NCBI GenBank assembly: GCA_973895155.1
Contig: OZ316891.1
Coordinates: 5,241,708 to 5,305,707 of the forward strand
Direction: 5' to 3'
Length of the DNA: 64,000 nt
Origin: Marsupella aquatica
Taxonomy: Eukaryota; Plantae; Marchantiophyta
The notes under the pieces are model-generated. The model had not been told where the DNA came from and did not search any database. It worked only from the letters and a program-made list of their open reading frames with translations. Numbering within the stretch: position 1 is the first letter of the stretch; each line of letters begins with the position of its first letter. A program made the position numbers and the translations under genes. Shown here one piece after another: positions 36,619-48,600 of the stretch.

Positions 36619-37974
36619 ATTATTTTTTTAAATCAATAAATGTGCACGGTATATTTATTAGCACAATCATTTTGATGTGTGATTATTGACAGGGTTCCAG
36701 CAGTGTATTATGCCACTCCGTATCAGGATGTTGTACAGGTGACAGTAGAGGTGTACTAGCCTCATACCCCTTCCAAGCTATCACAGTTTTTTGAATCTCA
36801 TTAGGCACACTGTCACTATTTTAGGAAAAAATCTACAGTAGTTTCTAATGCACTACCCCGGACGAAGAATGAAGGGTACATGATCACTGCTGTTAATTAA
36901 GAGAAAGAAATGTCTGACCATAAATTCTTGCAATGGTACAGGTTGACTCATGAAATTGTTCAATTAGTGGGCCAGGCAGAGTTATGAACTCAAGGATGTT
37001 TCATTCTCTAAATTTATTGTCTCATTCTGGTGGTCTCTTCTAGTTCGGCACAACTGCTGCTGATTTTGAGGGAAGCACATCCCAATGAAAGACAATCTGG
37101 CAGTTTCAGTCCCTATTCAAATCCTGAGTGTTGAGAGATGACTGGGTCTGAGTTAGGCCTCAAACATAGCAGGTGATTGGGATTGGGGTAACCTCCATAT
37201 AGTGAGACCTCCAAGATTGTTTCAATTGGCAGAGGCTTCTAAACATTTATCTACACAATCAAATCATATTTTAATTATAATTTCCATGTAAAGATAGAGC
37301 AAAATTCTCTAAAAGCAAGCCTTTCTCCTTCCTAGGCTGTCTTCTGGTGTTTTTTGGCCGCCATGGGATGTTTTGGTGTTGTGGCGCTTGGTTGACTTGA
37401 CTTTGTCTTGGCTCTTTGAGTTTTTTCCTCACTGCCCCTCTGGTTTTTTTATAGTAGATTTTTGAATTTTATTTGGCACTCTATCTCTTTAGGAAAATAA
37501 AAAACCAGGGAAATGTGAACACCAAATGAAAGAAATTGTTTAAAGGGCTCCCCCACAACCCAATCATCTCCCACACTGGACATATTAATGGATATATTAT
37601 CTCGATTAGAATATGTGACTCCAATCCAACATTCAAGCCAGGTATTTCTTGAGTTGTTCCCATGCAACCAAGGCTTTGATTTTAGATGTTCCTAAAGGCA
37701 ACCGGCCAGAAATGCAAATCATCTTCATTGACTGGGCAGGGAGAAACTCTAAGAAACATTTAGAGTTAGAACAATTGTTATAGACAGCTGCCTTGTCACA
37801 ATCGGATTCTTTTTACAGGGCCCTAGATTGTTAGGCTGATGCCTTTTAAGTACTGTACTTGGTACCAACCAATGCAACAGAACTTACAACCGTATCCATA
37901 AACCTAACCTTGTTACTTTGATGACCTACCATATCCATAAACTAAACGGCTTTGTTGACAGAGGTATAGTAACT

Positions 37975-38155
37975 TGAGGTATTTGTTTGATCGACCCCCA
38001 AAATGAAACTTGTTACTTGATCCCCCCCTTGAGGTCTATCAACGGTCCAGATCTGAGATGGAAAGGTCCATCAATGGTCCAGATTGCAAAAAAGTATCGA
38101 GGGGGTTGATTAAGCGAACTTTTTCCTGAAGGGGTCTACTAAGCATATCTCTCAT
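37975..38155. repeat. Dispersed repeat, second copy at ~51320-51515
   Basis: Shared GAGGTATTTG.TTGAT...TGAGGTCTATCAACGGTCCAGATCTGAGAT...CTACTAAGCATA. Confidence 0.7.
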
Positions 38156-40860
38156 AGTAACTTGCTTAGAACATTCACAGTCCCACCGGTCAGCCATCCC
38201 GCCTGCCCAGGAGACCAGTGGGACAAGCCCACAAACTTCCACCATGCCCCGGTCTGGCCTGGGCACCCCAACTTACTTTGCAGCCTGCTGTTTTTTTCCA
38301 TCCAAGGCTGGCAGTGCTCCGCTCCACAAGCTAACGCGACAAAGGTCATCAAGACCAAACAACAACCTACCATCATCTGCCCTCTCACATTTGATTTGAA
38401 CAATCATCTCTGCACCTGCTCTGGTGAGTGCACTCCATGCTTCAATCACCCTTATTCCCGGTTCAAACTGGGACTGGCCATTTTTGCTGAGTCTCAAAGT
38501 GGTACCATTTCATAATTTAAAAAAACAAAAACACCATTAACTTTATCATACATATTTTTGTAGTATAGTATTGATTTTCTAAGGAAACATCATTTGGTAT
38601 TCCATACTAGAGTTCGCTAAGAGCGGGTATTTATAGCAATTCTGAGCTTTTTCCGACAATACACCTCTTGAATGTGAATTCGGATAATGAATTTTTGTTG
38701 GAGTCGGCTGACTTTCCGCAACTCCAGTTTCGTAATACTGTATTGACTGTTTCCAAAGTTGAGGTCTACGTCGAACTCATTTTCACATGATTGAATGTCC
38801 AAAACAGCACTGTCACTGTGAATGGTTGTGATGTATTCTATCATCATTCTCGTGGATTTCAATGTTCAATTCGGTCCCTTGAGAGCATTAAATGATTCTT
38901 GGGCTGTCGATGCCGTCATTAGCTTGGTTTTAATAGCTCGTCTCGTTCATCATGATCTCTAGAGTGCACTCTTGTTTCCGACGTTCAAGAGAAACGCAGA
39001 CAACATCGTGTCTGGTTGGTGACATGGTGTGAAATCACATCATTCGGGTTTTGCACTTGGAGAGTCTACGGTACTTTAATTAGGGGTGTACGAGAACGTC
39101 TAAACATGTGGCTACAGTACGTCAGTGTACCATTTCTACATGAAAGTTCCATCATGCATGTCTCTATTTCTCCAGAACGACAAGCCCTGGAACTCGGGAC
39201 ACCATGCTTCGGAGCTTTCGGAGTAAGCAGGTTAATCGTAAACTTGAGAAGGACATACCCTCGGTGCTGGCAGAGAGCAAGCCGGACAAGTAATGAGCGC
39301 ACTTTGCTTGCGCCCATTACTGCAACGAAGGGGACCCGTCAACCGGAACGACAGGGACCCAAAGTCAAATATCCAACCACTGACGTCGAAAGCAAACTGA
39401 CAAAGAATAAACCAGACAAGTACAGGGATTTCGCTTTCCTTTTCAATGCTAGCTTCTCGAGCCAAGGACAGTGATCATCGGGCAATACATAACCAGTTAC
39501 AAGTCCTCAAGACAAATGTGTGGCACATAAAGCTTACTTGATGCGCGGTCAGAATCTAGTTGAATGGAACAGTAGTTACGGTAAACGGCAATCAACAGCT
39601 GCAAAATCGTACGTAGAGTTCAAGAGGATGAGCACGTACAGGGCACTCTACCCATCGTCTTGCATTCATGTGCAATTGTGCATCATTCTCTTTCTGGTTT
39701 GGCCAATAAATTAGGCAGTTCCTGCCGACATTAGAGCTACCGTTTTCCGTGTCCTATCCTTTCCTTTTCCGTCTGGGCCGGCCTTTGAACTCACTGAGGA
39801 AGCCCTTGAATTGGCGGAACAATTCTGTCGCGTTGCCTTTCCTTGCGTGACATCCTTGACGCTGCTGTTCGCGTTATTTTGACATGAAGGTTGTCAGCCG
39901 GTCAGGGATTGAGCTACGAACCGACGTACTGTCCTCACTCGATGCTCTTCTTATGTGCCTCTGGTCACGGGTCGCTGGCTGCCGCATGCCCGAAAGACCG
40001 ATTGTACTACTTTACAGCAAAGTTGCCGTGGAACGTACCGTAAGTTCCTTGTGACAGTATGAAACTGTGAATCCTGTGAGTCTACGATCGACAATCTCCA
40101 TGCCATCGAAGCGCGGAAGGTACTGTACATACAGAACAGTCCCGCAAAGCTGCAAGGATCATCCACATCGAAGAGAGCATCGAGAGGACGCTTAGGAATG
40201 ACAGTGTTTAGGAATGAATCATTTTCTGCTACAGCAGCTGCGCACGGTGACCTCTGAGGCTCTGACGTTGCGTTTTCGTTTTGCACTAACTACAGTAGGG
40301 CGTCTCAAAAACGGGAAGAAAAAAATGCGTTCCCCTAACCTGGGTTAAGTGCTGTCGGAATCCGTAAGGGGTGGGATTCGGTGCCCGACCAGTCATGACC
40401 GTGCACCCGACCCGCGACAGTCCCGGGCATGGTTAAAACACAAGAACTCATGTATGTGAGACTCCCTAGTAGTGTCATTGCGCGCAAAAAATAATAATGA
40501 AAATTGGACCATATTCACAAATTATTTGGAGATCTTTCACTTGTAAAACTTTGAAATAAGCATCTTGGTGTATTATTTTTGAGAATAATGATCTGGCCTT
40601 GCTTTATTTCCTGAAAGGATGGGCTACGTACAGTACTGCGAAGGCCTTGCTATATTTCCGAAAAGATGGCCTACACTGCTGCTCAAGCCTTTCCAGTCTA
40701 AGCTGATTAAAATTTGATTATTAATAAATTTGACTAAGTAAGAAAGCCTTGGGTGGGTCAGCACACATGTTCATTGTTAAGCTTTGGGCAGTTCAGCACA
40801 CATGTTCAGTGCTTTACATCTACATCATGTTAATGATACTTTCTCGGAACCCTGTACACT

Positions 40861-41125
40861 CTCAAGGGTCTCACTGCATGGAGCCTCCTCCCACATCACT
40901 TGCAACATTTTCAAGTCTCATAAACCCTAAGTTTTAAGATGTTTTTCTATCCTTATTAAATGGTTACTTATTGGAAACCCATCTTTTTATAAGTCTTAAA
41001 GTTTTGAAAGACTCTGGCTAATGTTCCGCTTATAAACTTGTAGTCTTCCTTAATAGAACCAATAAAAATGATAATTTATATCATTGCATGTGATGTGTTG
41101 TTTGTGTGGAAGTGAGACCCCCAAA
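40861..41125. mobile_element. Degenerate MITE family A copy
   Basis: CTCAAGGGTCTCACT / GGAAGTGAGACCCCCAAA termini; interior similar to 2350-2647; no clear TSD. Confidence 0.6.
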
Positions 41126-41959
41126 TTCTCAGTCCCCAATGTGTGCCCCAATGTGTGCTGCATGCCCTAGCCTGATCAACTTTGGTTTTACTGACTGTAT
41201 TCCTGGTACAACTTTTGGTTTGAGTTTTGGCACCACAAGTGAGAATAGAGAAAAAGGGAAGGAAAAAAGTGTGAGGGCCCCTTCTACGGATGTGTTCTTC
41301 TACGGAGTGCCCCTTTTATGGAGTGGTTTTTCTACGGAGTGCCCCTCTACGGAATGGGGAAGGGAAAGAGAGCAAAAACCATGTGAGGACCACACAAAGG
41401 GTGAAGGGGAACACAAGTGTGGGAACCCCTTCCTTCTAAGGGCCCTCCCACCATCACTACTCCAAGATTTCATAGTTTGTCGTTTTACGGGTGTTGAGGT
41501 CCCTCGAAATGTCACTGTTTGATATAGACCTAAAATCAACTAGAGAACCTCAGTTTCGCAACTAGAGAACCTCAGAACAGTGGCGGGCATGTGTCCCAGA
41601 CACTGCATTTAGGGGGCCACCATTTTGAATGGTTCTGTGGCACCTAGAGCACAGAGATGCTCACAAGGTCACTGCCTCACATCGTTGGGGCACACTCATG
41701 TTCGGGCACACTCATGTTCCTGTGGGAAAATTGGTCGCAAAAAGACTCTAAACTGAAAGCTGCACAAATTTGTAAAACACTCACTGAAAATGGGAAAGTC
41801 CCACAGCTACTCTGTGTTGACCACTGTCAAGGCTGCCCATCGCTTGTCTGACCGTGTCCATGCCGAACCTCCCCAAAAAGGTTGGAACCTCAATATTGAG
41901 GCCCCCTCTTACACTCAGTTTTGAGGTGAAACCCTTTGATACCTTCCTAACCATGTGGA

Positions 41960-42031
41960 GGGCATTTGGTCTAGTGGTATGATTCTTGCTTTGGGTGCAA
42001 GAGGTCGCGAGTTCGATTCTCGCAATGCCCC
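41960..42031 (+). tRNA. trnP: tRNA-Pro (anticodon TGG)
   Basis: GGGCATT/AATGCCC acceptor stem; D arm TGGTCTAGTGGTATGA; anticodon arm CTTGC-TTTGGGT-GCAAG; T arm GCGAG-TTCGATT-CTCGC; T-run ~25 nt downstream. Confidence 0.96.
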
Positions 42032-42382
42032 AGACCTCAATTACTGCTGCTACTCCTTTTTACTCTGTGGGACCAAGTTTTCGCCAACAGCAGTTACCAT
42101 TGTGCGCAGGATCGACGCTCGACATCTCCCTCGACTTTAAGAAATTACATCTCGGCCGTCCAATCTAACCCCCGATTCATGCTATACTCAGGCTGAAAAG
42201 TCTGGTTTGCGACAGAACAGTCGAACTCAGATTAAGTGGACTGTTTTCAGAGTGACGAGAAAAGTCCGCTGAAACAGACTTGAATGCTGCGGATTTTAGC
42301 TCTCAGAGTTATTTGAATTGTTGAGCGAGGGAGTGAGCTGAAGCAGGGCGAGTGGGGATCCGGCCCAAAGAGCGGAGGGAGT

Positions 42383-44046
42383 ATGAAAGTGAAAATCATC
42401 AGTATCCTCCTGCAGCCAACAATATTCCTGGGTGATTTAGGGCATTGGATTTCTTGTTAAGTGATGCATGTTTTTGCAGGTAGACAGAATTTCAACGAAT
42501 ACAATGGGAACCGAAATATTACAGAATCTCGATGTTATATGATATTGATATCTCTATTCTACGAGAAGGGTACAAAGCCGTGCGAAAGATTGGAACTGGG
42601 TCATTTTGGGAAGTCAGATTTATTGATAAGTTTTGCATCTTTCTGGAGGTAGATTGAATTTAACTGAATACAGTGACAACTGAAATTAGGTATAGATGTC
42701 GATGGTATGTGTTAATGTGTACGAGAAGGGTACAAAGCTGTGCGAAAGATTGGAAGTGGGTCATTGGGGCAATCAGATTTCTTCCTATATTCCGCACCTT
42801 TTTGGAGGTAGATTGAAATTAAATGAATGCAATGGAAACTGAAATAGATCTAGGATTTTGATGTTATCTGTTAGTGTCTTCGATAAGGGTGCAAAGCTCT
42901 GCGGAGGATAGGCACTGAGCAGAAATATGGATGACTTGGGGTACCACTGACTGTGGTTCAGTAAGTGACGGAAGGTATGCCAGGACTGAAATTGAGTGTA
43001 ATTCTCAAGATAGGAACGATAGACAGGGGAGTTAACGAATGTCTGAAGAGATATAGATATAGACGTGTTTTCCTTTTTCCAGAAGACCATCCTTGACCTA
43101 CTGCTATTGCAAATTTCGCATTCTCTGTGTTTCTTTGATCAGAGTAAATCCCTCTTCCCCACTTTCTCGATGTGGCAGTGACTAAAGCGTCACAAAATTT
43201 GTTTTGGAAAGTTTCAATTACGGACTCGAAAATTTGCTGTAGCTTGGAACTTTTTTACCCCGTTTCGCTGTGCCAAAATTGTTTGAGAATCGTTTGGAAT
43301 TGGACTTAATTTCTGACAATTTTCACGTGGTAGCTTTTCGAGCGGCCAAGTTTGTCTCCAGGCACTGGAAGAGTTGATTGGTTGTCTGTACAATTAGGGA
43401 AGGAGCTGCATTGGATGACTGACCACAAAAGCTGGCCATCTGTTTGTAGGTGGCATGGAGTAGCATCGCGGACTTGGGACGCTCATGATGACGCCTGTGG
43501 CATTTGCCGGATGGCGTTTGATGGCTGCTGCCCTGATTGCAAGATGCCTGGAGATGATTGCCCTCTAAGTATGTCTGCCTTCGCTCCTTAGATCTCGATG
43601 GCATGAAGTACCTCAAATGGGACCCAGTGATTTCTTCCGAAGTAACTTTTGTGCTAGGAATATGCTCAGTTTTGGACATTGAACTTGTCTTAACAGTTCA
43701 TAGTTTGATTTTCTCTCCTTTGAACATTTTTTAGGCATTATGGACTCCTCAAATGTGATGCACGGAAGTCTTTTCAGGACTGAGCTAGTCAGGCTGGATG
43801 TCAAACCAATGCCGACTGGTAGGTTCAAAAATGATTAATAGAACGCATCTTTGATTTTTTGAGTCCTTGTCGTAATGGAAATTTATTTGGTGCTGATGCC
43901 GAATCTCGTTTTGGTTTGTTATCGAATCAGTTTGGGGTGCGTGCAATCATACTTTTCATTTGCATTGCATTTTGAAGTGGGTAAATTCACAAAGCCCACG
44001 ACCGCACTATCCCATGTGCCGAAGAGAGTGGAAGTTTAGGGCTTGA
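42383..44046 (+). CDS. APC11: Anaphase-promoting complex subunit 11 (RING-H2), 84 aa; exons 42383-42401, 43143 (1 nt), 43450-43568, 43931-44046; carries W14R and C73Y
   Basis: Spliced product [84 protein letters not shown], matching plant APC11 in length and motif. Confidence 0.9.
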
Positions 44047-44585
44047 GCCCTTGAATTGGATGGTCCCTCCTGTACTCACTAAAGCCAGGTCTGTTTGTGC
44101 CATCCAATTGATGTCAGAGGTAGAGAAGTGATGAATTCTAGTGCAGAAAGAGGTAAGGTATCTTTTGGGACCACCTTTTCCATCGGTCTTGTTCCTTTCC
44201 TTTCCTGGCTCCTCTAAGGACACAACGTTTACCTTGAGACCTTTGAGACCTAACACCACTCCAGTTATAAGTGAGAGGCTGTGTACTACACTCGAGAGTG
44301 CATTCTTGTCATCTTCTTGAAAAGTTTCGAACGTTTCCTTTTCTTCTCAACGAATTCAACTGTAGATATGTCTTCTAGCTTTCTACTAGCTACTAGTAGG
44401 GCAGAATTGTGAAGTCCCTCAACTACGATAGCGGGTCCGAAGGGGTTTTCCCCTTTCTACTGACACAGTACGTTCTCAAAAGGATGAGTGGAGCTACAAA
44501 GGACTCCGATGAATGAAGAACATGTACAGCAATTCCATTCTAAAGGCCAGGGAGACAGTTCCTCAATTGTCATTTCCATTCCTGT

Positions 44586-46089
44586 CTATTGATTATCTAT
44601 GTGGCGAACCGCAACAAATTGTTCAAATGTACGGGAGAATATGGAGCCCTGCACCAACAATGATAGACTTTACGTCAGTTATGACCTTCTTAAACATACC
44701 ATAGTAAGCGACCTTGCTACAAAGCGTGAAAGTAAGAACGATTCTCCATCCTCTGGCCCTCTCAGATTAGTGTATATTAAAAAACTCAGATCTCCTTTTC
44801 TATCATGTTATTGTATTGCAGGACCGTAGTTACTCTGATACAATCATCGAGGACATCAGGCTTTGTAAAGCAATGCCAAGAGGTAGCATAAAATGAAGAT
44901 AATGCCGTGAATGCTTAAATGTTCATATTGTAGGTACCTACCAGTAAAGGTGGTTACAAGTAGCGCATTGCCAGAATTCATCCACGTCTTTCAGGACATA
45001 ATTTGGAATCGTCTGATTCCATGGACCTTCTGCCGCAACCTCCTTGGCAGTCAATGCCTTTGGTAGGAAGCATCCATTGCACTTATTGCATCGTGTCCGG
45101 AGCTGATCCTCACTAATTGTCAACTTGAAAGTCTCAATGATCTGAAGAACAGCAACACAACAGAAAAGAACGGACCAGTAAGGCTTCAAAAGAAAATCTC
45201 TGGTATCCGAACAGACTGGCCTGCGCCATTGTTTATTCTTGCATCCATGGCAGTGCAAAGAAGCCGAGTCCTCGTTTGATTGACGTTTAATTAAGCCTTT
45301 TCTTGACAATTAGACCCAATGTACCTTTTAATAATGCATGAGTCCCGAGTTGCAGCAAATCTCACCTCGGCTAACTGATCCCATTTTCCCTGTCTCTTCA
45401 CTCTATATGCCAGTTCTGAAGGAACAAGCTTGCGTCGCAGGAGCTGCACATCGCAAGTCAAAATATAGTAGAAACAAAACTCTAGTAGAAAGCCATTTCT
45501 GAAATGGATTACCTGGTCAAAACAGCAATGTGCATCAGGGCCAGGAAAATTCCCGCGCAAGTGCAATAGATCCTTTTTGAAGCCAAATCCAAGCTTGAGT
45601 ACCGCTGGGTCGACGAACACTTTTTTCAGTACATTACTGAATGCTGAAGCAGGGATTACCAGTAAGTCTAACAGGAATAGCATCTCAGTGCAAGTCTCCG
45701 TCTCTTTCCCGGTGGCAATATGCCTTTCCATTGCAGTAAGCCCACATCGGACGCCTTTCTCAATTCTGTTGTCTTTCTTCCTCACCTCTTGGTTCATCAT
45801 GCAAACGGCAAGCAATTTGAAGAATTGACACACGAGGAAGTTTTCCACCGCTAGCCCTACCACTGCCATGGAGGAGGGGCTTCCACTCTGCATCCACTGC
45901 AATTACGGTGGCTCGTTCTAAAGCGAAAACGAGACAAGAGAAAGAATCTGAATCCGGTGAGTCCACCAAATGCATACATTCTGACGGCAACGGCACCTTC
46001 CAGAAATTATCCTCCTTTCCTCCTTCCGTATGGTTTCCTGTGCCCTCCTCCGTCATCATGGAAATCTCCTCCCGTCCTACTGTTCCCAT
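44586..46089 (-). pseudogene. MUT-7/EXD3-like DEDDy 3'-5' exonuclease with Mut7-C domain, apparently disrupted
   Basis: Exo I motif VIAVDAEWKP, VSILQIAC, LFLLDL, LKLGFGFKKDL; Mut7-C zinc ribbon RCNKCNG...FWQCATCNHLYW; frame change near 45760-45790; Exo III region and start of Mut7-C missing; TAG at 44938-44940 where E is expected (LYWEG); last exon 44648-44586. Confidence 0.75.
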
Positions 46090-48600
46090 CGTGGATTAAT
46101 TTTCAATGAACGCTCCGGAGTGCAGCACAGTTCTGTACACTTCCTTAACTTGTGTCTTACGTTTTCCAGAGCGGAAAGTCCTCGACTACGCGCGGGGCGG
46201 GTCCGGTGTAATCACTTGAACGCTCGATATCAGACGAACGCAGACGGCAGGGAATTGACTTCCCAATTGAAGGCGGAGAATGAATCATTCCTATGATTGG
46301 TAGAGCTGAAATGACTGTGACCAGTGACTCGCTTGTAATGTCGGACACAAACTTGTTTCCATTGATACTATTGGACAAATGGCTCTTTCAGTGTGCGGTG
46401 TGGATGGCTATGTCGCTGAATTGAACTCCACCAACAGGATGCATTCTTTCTTTGCCAGGGTGACCTTTTTTACTTGCCGTCACCACATCTTCGCTATTGC
46501 TCTCCAATCGAAGGCGACAAATGAATCTTCCAATTCGAAAGGGCACAATAAATACAAAATTTAGAAAGCGCGTTCTCACTGACTCTGAAATCTAGCGAGG
46601 AAACTAGGCAATGGGAAATACGGGAGACGGAAGCGTTCGTGCAGTCTTTGTGTGAGCAACGAGCGTTCTCATCAGAGAGGCCAAAGAAGCTTGTGACCGA
46701 GGCGGCGACGACTACGGTAGGATCGAATCGGGTGCAGAGTTTTTTTCTTATCTGAGGACGAAGAAATGTCGCAAAGCTCAAGCTCGGCCCTCGGCTCGGC
46801 CAGGCAACCTCATGAACAGACTAGAGGGGAACCCTCTTCAGGTCAATGACTGATTTCTTATTTTTTTCTCCATGCACTAATCCATCTGCACGGTAGTCCC
46901 AGTGGATTGTGTGGATTGTTGTCTCGTAACGTGTGAGGTGCTTGGAAGAGTAGGGAAAAACGGAAATCCGACCAGCACGACAACTTTACTCTCATTTTGA
47001 CATTTGTGATCAATTGATGCCCCCGAAATCGTTAGAACGGATATCAGAACGGATACAGATGGATCAGCATGGGAGGTGGCTCTTCTTCAATGGGGCTCAA
47101 GTCCATAAATCCCTAAGCCCAAAGTACAGCCTGGACAACCGCGTCTAATGGTTCCATGATGGATTAAGCAAGGGAGGTGGCCTCTCTGTATTCAAGGCTC
47201 AAGTCCATAGATTCCCCAGAATTCGAATGTACGGCCTGGACAACCGGGTTCTATATATCTTCTGTTACACGGTTTCTCAAGGATGCCCCACTCGATTGTA
47301 GGCAACTGAACGTTTCCTGGAGGCAGGCGGGGTGCTTGAACGAAATTGATACGTAACACAAAATCCTCTCACCAAGAACTGGACGTTTTAAGAAAATCAA
47401 TTCAGTGACACTTTTTCATTCTGATTGTTTTCAGTTGTGCCGCCCTGTACGTGACTGGCTACACAAAAATAGCTTCAGAACAGGACGGAGATTAAATGGA
47501 CCAAGGAGATGCTCTGAGGGGAGACGACTAGACGGATGGGAAGGCACGAGGACGCTAGATCAGTAGGCGCAGGGAGCAGAAGAACTGTCTGGTGGCCGGG
47601 GAAGGTGGAGTGAGCGATGCGGCAGAAGTTCGAGCGATACAGAAGAAGTTGAACTGGTGGGCAACGTGGAGGGAGCAGAAGAAGCTTCATTACCTTTCAG
47701 CGACGTCAGAGTGAAAAGACATTAAAAAACTAATTCAGAAAAGCAATATATGCCGTTTACAATGCAAATCTTTTTAGGGGAGAGTGCGAAGGGCTCTAAA
47801 TTCTAAGCATTGTTATGTCATGTTCTCTTGTTCAGAAGTTCGCTTTCAGATAGAAGCGGGGCCAGGAGTTTGGTGCTTTCCTGTCCAAGCTTGAGCTGAC
47901 TCCGTGATTTTTCCCCGTCCTCATTAGGGTTTACCTCTCACTACGTGCACTTTCTCTTAAATTTACATTTGGCTCGAAGGGCTCAGAGTCTGAATTTCCT
48001 GTTGAATCGAACAGGAAATCCAGACATTCAATTGCACTTAATCTGTGATCTTAGCTGTTGCAGTTTGCCGGCTTCCTTTGCTTGCTTCACCTCGAGTATT
48101 TGGGGTTTATCAGTCAATCTCCAAATCAATCCGCTCTGCTCATGTGTATTGTAGACACTTCCAAGTAGTTTCACTGTTGCTGGGCTCTTTTCTACTGTCA
48201 AGTGATACAGCTCAACAACGGTCCGTGCTATTCATTTCTAGGAAATATCTAGCAGAAGCCCTACTCAAGTCAGCCGATCTTTGTAACCCCTAGCCTTAGT
48301 CAGTCTATAATAATTTCTCACTCTTTTTAGCATTCTAATGTGGCACGTTCCAAGCTTTTTTCTGCTTTCGTCTGCGTCGATCACTCCACGCCGGCTGTTG
48401 CAAATAATTCGTTTTTCTAGACCTACTAAGTATTCGCTGCTTAAGCCCTCTTTACCTTGAGTTTTTGGTATCACCAGTTCTCACATTATATGGTACAACT
48501 AAGTTCTCCAAATTAATTGAACCCCGGCCTACTGGATCCATGTCTAAGCATCCGAAATTGTGTGTTTCAGACATGTACACCATACGATACCAATAGCTAC

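Noticed and set aside
41955-42168. ORFs overlapping the tRNA
   Set aside because: Explained by the tRNA-Pro gene
42560-43000. Other AG-N-GT sites in the APC11 intron as alternative 1-nt exons (e.g. AGGGT at 42567, AGTGT near 42995)
   Set aside because: They lack a pyrimidine tract or branch site and have weak donors; A43143 has the best context and gives a plausible Lys
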